A stretch of DNA of 64,000 nt from Schmidtea polychroa (lineage: Eukaryota), in the NCBI GenBank assembly GCA_044892525.1, contig CM097885.1, positions 238,516,001 to 238,580,000 on the forward strand, read 5' to 3'. Position numbers and translations under genes: made by a program. Below, piece by piece: positions 60,389 through 64,000 of this stretch. The notes beneath the pieces are model-generated. The model worked only from the letters and a program-made list of their open reading frames with translations. It was not told the DNA's origin and made no database searches. Positions within the stretch are counted from its first letter, which is position 1. Every line of letters begins with the position of its first letter.

Positions 60389-63300
60389 TGTTGGGCTAGA
60401 ACTGATTTCTGAACCCAAAGTTAGGAATGGGACGAAATGTGTCAGTACACAACACGCATACCCAGCATTAAGTTTACTTAAATAAAAATATATAAAACAC
60501 CAAGTAAACAATGATAATAGAGAGATAATATACCCAAAAATAAAACATCTGAATTAAAAATAAAATAAAACACGAACAAGAAGTATTACACGAAAACCTA
60601 CTCAAATATAACCGAAAGACATAAAACAACAAAAAACAAATTCGAATAAAGGCGATTAGTAAAAATTCAAAAAGAAAATTAAAGAAAATCTCCATAAAAT
60701 CTTACGAAAAGAAAATTATATCGATATTTCGAATAAAAATCCAGAACAATTCATAAAAATGGCGAAATCCATCATGACCGCCAAACGACCCAATAAAAGT
60801 TATAAAAAATAAATATTTTAGTTTAAAAAATAAAATCTTTAGAAAAGAAATCATAAAAAACAATTTAAAAATAAGAAATAGATTAAATTTAGCATGGAAT
60901 GTTCTGGAAATGCTGAAATCCATCATGGAGGCAAATTTAATAAAAAATAATTCGAAAATAAAATTTCAAAAATAAAAACAAAAATTCTTACTGAAAAATC
61001 GCCATCAAAATCGATAAAAATTAAAAATCGAATGTTCGAGAATTAAAATAATCTGAATTTGTTTTACTGCATCAATGCACGCATGTATACTTACACGTCA
61101 AACAGAGGCTATATAAACTAACACATTTCATCACTTTTTAAGAAAAAAAATGCAAATGCTAATGCTTTCTCTTATGCCAAATTTTTGATTTTGATTTTTC
61201 TGAGATTGTAAGTAAGGACGATTTCATTGTGAATTATAAATTATTATTATTGAAACCTTGTTTTCATTATTTCTATTTAATTATAGAGGTGTAGATTTGA
61301 ATGAGATCGTAGGTTATCAATGATTTTGAAGCGAGATCCCAGCCAACCCTGCACCTATGCACTTTATCATTTATGAATGCAGAGTTCATAATGATTTCGG
61401 GTCTTCGACCCTACATGCACTAAAATCATAATCTTAACCAGAGGTCGCCACGAACTATTGGTGTTTAACCATGAGTAGGGCGGGTAAATCCATCTTGGTA
61501 GTTGGTATAGTCGTAGGGACTATGCGGACGAAACAATTTTTGGGATACTAATCGCGGGTAAATAACACAATATGGCCTATCGTACCGTACTCAGTGTAGT
61601 CGGGAAAGTAGGTAAATTTTAATTAAATCGATCTTTTCGTTAACTTACATATCTAAAGTAACACTTAAATTATACTATTTTGCACAACATTAGGAACTGA
61701 TAAACGGGGAATATCCCTTGACTCAAATTCCACACAATACAACATGCTAGTGTAGCTGGTTATTTCTAAACGAATTCCTCTTAAACTATAAATTCAATGT
61801 GAACCTAAGAAACTAATTAACTCAAAATAACAGGGAGATCTCTGCGCAAAAATTTTAAGGCAATTAAAGACTTAAAAATTCTGAACTATTCCCTGTAAGA
61901 ATACTGCAACCTAAAGTTCATGCGATGAGTAGGATCTAAGATGATATAATCTCAATCGCACTGGTAAGCGAACTAATATCTATAGATGCCCACAAAATAA
62001 ACTATTTTGATGCAAACTAAATTTCTCTATCGTAATGGTCCTGGTATGCACAAATTCCCGTAGACATATTGGCAAAGTTTCTTTATCTATAAACTACTAA
62101 TATTATATCTATAACTTATAAATTCGGGCAACATCTTCACATTATTCTACACTAAATTGCATAGCTATAAAAAGTAAATTGTCGACACAAATGTTATGTA
62201 ACTAAAATATATAGATTCATAATGAAAAAAAATTTCGATTAAAAGTGCTTTCCATTCGACTCAAAAGTTGTTGAAATGATATTTTACAGGCATAAATTTC
62301 TCTAGATATGATATAGGGATCCACAAAATCGATCTACGTTAAAAGTGTTCTCCATCATAACCAAAACAAGGCTACATGGATAACTTGCAAGCATAAATAT
62401 TATTTCAACATGAAGCATAAATCAAAACCAAGGAAAATATAGACTTTCAAGTACAACTGTCCCATCCCTAAGAGGTGTAGCAATAAGAAAAACCTTAGGA
62501 TTATTAATATAAATTATATACACATACTAGATTCTCTTAAGTACGTATTTTAATTTTCTAAGAAAATTTTTATTTTTTTTTCTCTCAAATTGTATAATAG
62601 TCAAAATCAATGTTAAAAATATTAATCTAAAATACATACATGTATAATAAACTCATAAAACTATAATTTATAAAATTTTCCCTAAATACCCACTCAGGTT
62701 GTATAATAGCCAAAACACATGTTCAAAGAAATATTCCAAACTATAATTGCACATTTTTAACTTATAAAGTATAATTTGTAATCTTTCATTAGTACTCCCC
62801 CCAAGTTATATCATAATCAAAAGGGGACTAATGTTAATAACATAAAGCATATATAAGCATATTAGAACTTATAAAAGTATGATTTACCTTTTTTCACAGA
62901 TGCCTCCCTCAAGTAGTATGGTAGCTCAAATTTATGTCAAGAGTGGTGATTTAACTTACTTATAAATTGAAAATAAATCCATAAAATTATAAATTATTAA
63001 ACTTTCCCTAACTACCCCCTAAGTTACCGAATAGTCGAAAACAATATAAATTAACATATATATGTACAGATACCAAGTTTATAAAACTATAATTTATAAT
63101 TTTTCCATAAATAACTTTCTCTTAAATCATATAACCATTAACCACTCCCTTAAAGCATTAACTTAGACTATTTTATATATATACTTAACTTATATTACTT
63201 TTAAAATCATAGTTGAAAATTTTTCATTAAAGACCACCCCCCCATAAACCATATAGTCATCAACTACCACCTAAATATACTAAATTAGCTTATCTTAATA

Positions 63301-64000
63301 TACATTTAACTTATATTATATTTTAAAATATAAATTGTAAATTTTCATAAAGTAACCCCCTCAAACTATACATTTGGCGAGAACAATATATATAGTAATA
63401 AATTAACTTATATATGTACAGTTATCAAACTTAATAATTCCTCAGGTCCTCTAACCATTAATTATTGTCTAAATACATTAATACATTACCTTTACGATAT
63501 AAATTTGGAAAATTTTGATAAATGACCCCCCCCCCCTTAATTCATATAACCATCAACCACTACCTGATACACTCATTTAGACTATTTAATATATATCCTT
63601 CCCTCCACCCCTCCACAAACCATATAGTCATCAACCACCACCTAAATATACTAAATTAGCTTATCTTAATATATATTTAACTTATATTATATTTAAAACT
63701 ATAAATTGTATATTTCCATAAATGACCCCCCCTGAGATCATATAGTCATTAATGATTACCCAGAAGTACTAATTTAATTTGTTTTCAGATATAGTCAACT
63801 TATATTACCTTTAAAAATATAACTTGTATTTTTTATTTAACCAATCCCCCTCGAATCATGTAGCCATTAACTATTAACTATATCATATTCATAGACAGTT
63901 AAATTATATTTCATTTAAAAATATAAATTCAAAATTTTTCGTAAATGACCCATCCCCCATATGTGGTAATCTTATAAAAATATAAACTTACATTTATTAT
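60389..64000 (-). mobile_element. Another giant LTR copy in inverted orientation, running off the window
   Basis: TGTTGGGCTAGAA at 60389; 60389-61270 is the near reverse complement of 48380-51682 without the hAT; TGTAGCTGGTT near 61752 matches rc of 55539; degenerate C-tract repeats beyond 62500. Confidence 0.6.

Overview
AT-rich eukaryotic (metazoan) DNA, dense with transposons. Short 41-55 nt introns, AAT/TA microsatellites and multi-kb LTRs suggest a flatworm such as a planarian (inference only). One host gene is present but hidden from the ORF track: an 11-exon tensin-like SH2+PTB gene (18622-43429, +) whose introns are full of mobile elements. Main accessory systems: (i) a Polinton/Maverick-type element (3744-14494; AGTAG...CTACT ends, 6-bp TSD CACAAC, non-matching termini) whose only own gene is a protein-primed B-family DNA polymerase split by eight spliceosomal introns that are all phase 1; (ii) a family of giant Gypsy-like LTRs, including an apparent 5.1-kb solo LTR, carrying antisense ORFs and a ~220-nt covarying multi-pseudoknot RNA motif in four divergent copies that I cannot assign to a known ribozyme or IRES class; (iii) many DNA transposons (hATm, three other hAT lineages, MULE, piggyBac, mariner, MITEs), one carrying a captured RING-finger ORF; (iv) a decayed tandem ubiquitin-like ORF. 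All assignments are from reading motifs by eye; no searches or folding were run.
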